The notes under the pieces were generated by a model. The model was not told the origin of the DNA and did no database searches. It saw only the letters and a program-made list of their open reading frames with translations. The position numbers and the translations under genes were made by a program. DNA of 63,271 bases, counting the filler, from Reclinomonas americana ATCC 50394 (lineage: Eukaryota), in assembly GCA_048213135.1 (NCBI GenBank). It is 8 parts of 5 records of this genome, joined end to end, with 100 filler letters (N's around TTAATTAATTAA, not from the genome) between each part and the next. Parts side by side here need not be neighbours in the genome. Positions count along the whole stretch, not along the records: positions 60,631 to 63,271 come from PS015613.1; 7 more parts are not named here. One strand, 5' to 3'. Shown here piece by piece: positions 61,720-63,271 of the stretch. Positions within the stretch are counted from its first letter, which is position 1; every line of letters begins with the position of its first letter.

Positions 61720-62522
61720 TCAGAACATGGCAGCACCACCGGCCAGCAAGTCCTGCAGTGACGTTGGCTTCTTGCCAGTGATTTTCTCCACGTGGCCGCT
61801 GGGTGCGGGTCCTTTGCTGTGCGCATACATGTCCAGCAGCTCAAACACACCCTCGGCTTGCCAGTCGGGCATGCCCAGCGACTTGAAGGCGTCCACCACG
61901 GCTTCGCGATCCACCACATTCACGTACTCGTACGACTCGCTGCTTTGCGTCACCTCGGTGAGGATGAGCGCAATGCCGGCGCCAGTGTTCCTGCGTACAT
62001 GCACATGCATCAGCAACATACGGAGGAAAGCGCGCATGCCCTCCCGCCGCGCAACTTGTCGTCAGAGGTCAGCACCATCGTCTTGTTCTTGGTGACCGCC
62101 GATTTGTAGTTGGCCGCAATCGCCGCCACGCACTGCGCAAAGTCCTGCACCGACGAGCCGGCAAACCAGCCGTCCTCACCCAGGTGCATGTACACCTTCT
62201 TGGAGGCCTTGATGCCGGCCGCCATGCCAAACATGTTCTCGAGGAAGAAGTCCATCTGCAGGATCGTGTAGCTCTTGCGGCACGACTTGATGGCGGCCTC
62301 GGCGCCGGCAAACTGGCGATCAAGAGAAGGGGTGTGAGAGGGATGCTGGGCATTTCGAGGTTGTCGAGAGAAAGGGACAAGTTGATAACCTGGCGTTGGA
62401 AGAGAATGTCGGTGCGCTCGCTGGCAAATGGCACGGAGAGCATGATGATGTGCTTCACTGAGGCGGTGTGCGCCGCGGCGTGCACGTAGCGGGTGGCCAC
62501 TTCGCCGCGGTCCTCGGAGCCC
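61720..62522 (-). CDS. NmrA-like (atypical SDR) NAD(P)-binding protein, C-terminal two-thirds
   Basis: VKHIIMLSV, YTILQMDFFLEN, SVQDFAQCVAAI, MPDWQAEG, VEKITGKKPTSL. Confidence 0.85.
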
Positions 62523-62653
62523 TGTGAGGGGGAGGGAGGAGGAGAGGAAGAGAGGGGAGGGAGTGAGAGAGAAGGCGAAGAGAAGAACAGGAGGGAGAAG
62601 GAGAGCAGAAGGGGGCAAGTTCGGAGAACGCTTCAGAGGAAGGGGAGACCCAC

Positions 62654-62745
<92 letters not shown>

Positions 62746-62768
62746 NNNNNNNNNNNNNNNNNNNNNNA

Positions 62769-62996
62769 GTGTTCATCAACGGCGCGACTGGATACGCCGG
62801 TCAACCGACGCTGGCGGCGCTGGCGGCTCGCGGCTACTTTGACGTGACAGTGGCGACGCGTGACGCGGGAAAGAACGCCGACAAGATCAAGGCGGCGGCG
62901 CCGGCGGCCAATGTCGTGCAGATCGCCGATGATAAGGATGAGGCGGCGGTGGTGGCGGCCATGGACGGCGCAGAGGTCGTCGTCGTGATTCCGCCG
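62769..62996 (+). CDS. NmrA-like protein N-terminal Rossmann exon (probably the mis-oriented 5' part of the preceding gene)
   Basis: VFINGATGYAG nucleotide-binding motif through VVVIPP, then a GTGAGT donor. Confidence 0.8.
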
Positions 62997-63271
62997 GTGA
63001 GTATTTGCAAAGGGTGAAGGGAGGGTGTCTTTTGTATTGTGCTGGTATTGTTGTTCGCCTGGTAATAATCTCCTCATGGTCACTACAAATCCCGACAATC
63101 TCTCTCTATTGCACAGTGTCGTTCTGCTTGTGGTGTGTTGAGGGCGCTTGCATTGTGTCATGCATTCTCGAATCGTGCTCCGGGACGATTCACGCGCACG
63201 GCTCTCTCCTCTCTCTCCCTCTTGGGTCTCTCTCTCCCGCTTGGGTCTCTCTCTCTCTCTCTCTCTCTCTC

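Noticed and set aside
1..63271. tRNA, rRNA, snRNA genes or transposase/reverse-transcriptase ORFs
   Set aside because: None recognised by eye; small RNAs cannot be excluded without covariance-model searches.

Overview
Eukaryotic nuclear DNA from a GC-rich, gene-dense, intron-rich flagellated protist (BBS7 and CFAP43 are present). It is a draft assembly with N gaps and seven artificial TTAATTAATTAA linkers. Most introns are about 55-100 nt and GT-AG, so the ORF track fragments nearly every gene; I re-spliced them by eye. Recognisable genes: ATG2, BBS7, CFAP43 (both ends), NUBP2/CFD1, an Amt ammonium transporter, an NmrA-like protein, a TMEM242-like protein, a >2,200-aa fibronectin-III membrane protein, an AIR9/SCAB-like Ig-PH protein, divergent SPRY-like genes and an array of near-identical 7-bladed WD40 genes. 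Three observations stand out. (1) About 37 introns, roughly half of those I could resolve, use a donor that equals the normal donor with one extra T (GTTGCGT, GTTACGT, GTTTCGT, GTTATGT), almost only when the last exon base is not G. (2) A spliced, apparently mitochondrion-targeted gene encodes a bacterial GreA/GreB/Rnk-type C-terminal domain, which hints at a jakobid-like host with a bacterial-type mitochondrial RNA polymerase. (3) The WD40 array shows blade mosaicism, hypervariable surface positions, a conserved unknown tail and an inversion junction. All family calls rest on remembered motifs, not database searches.
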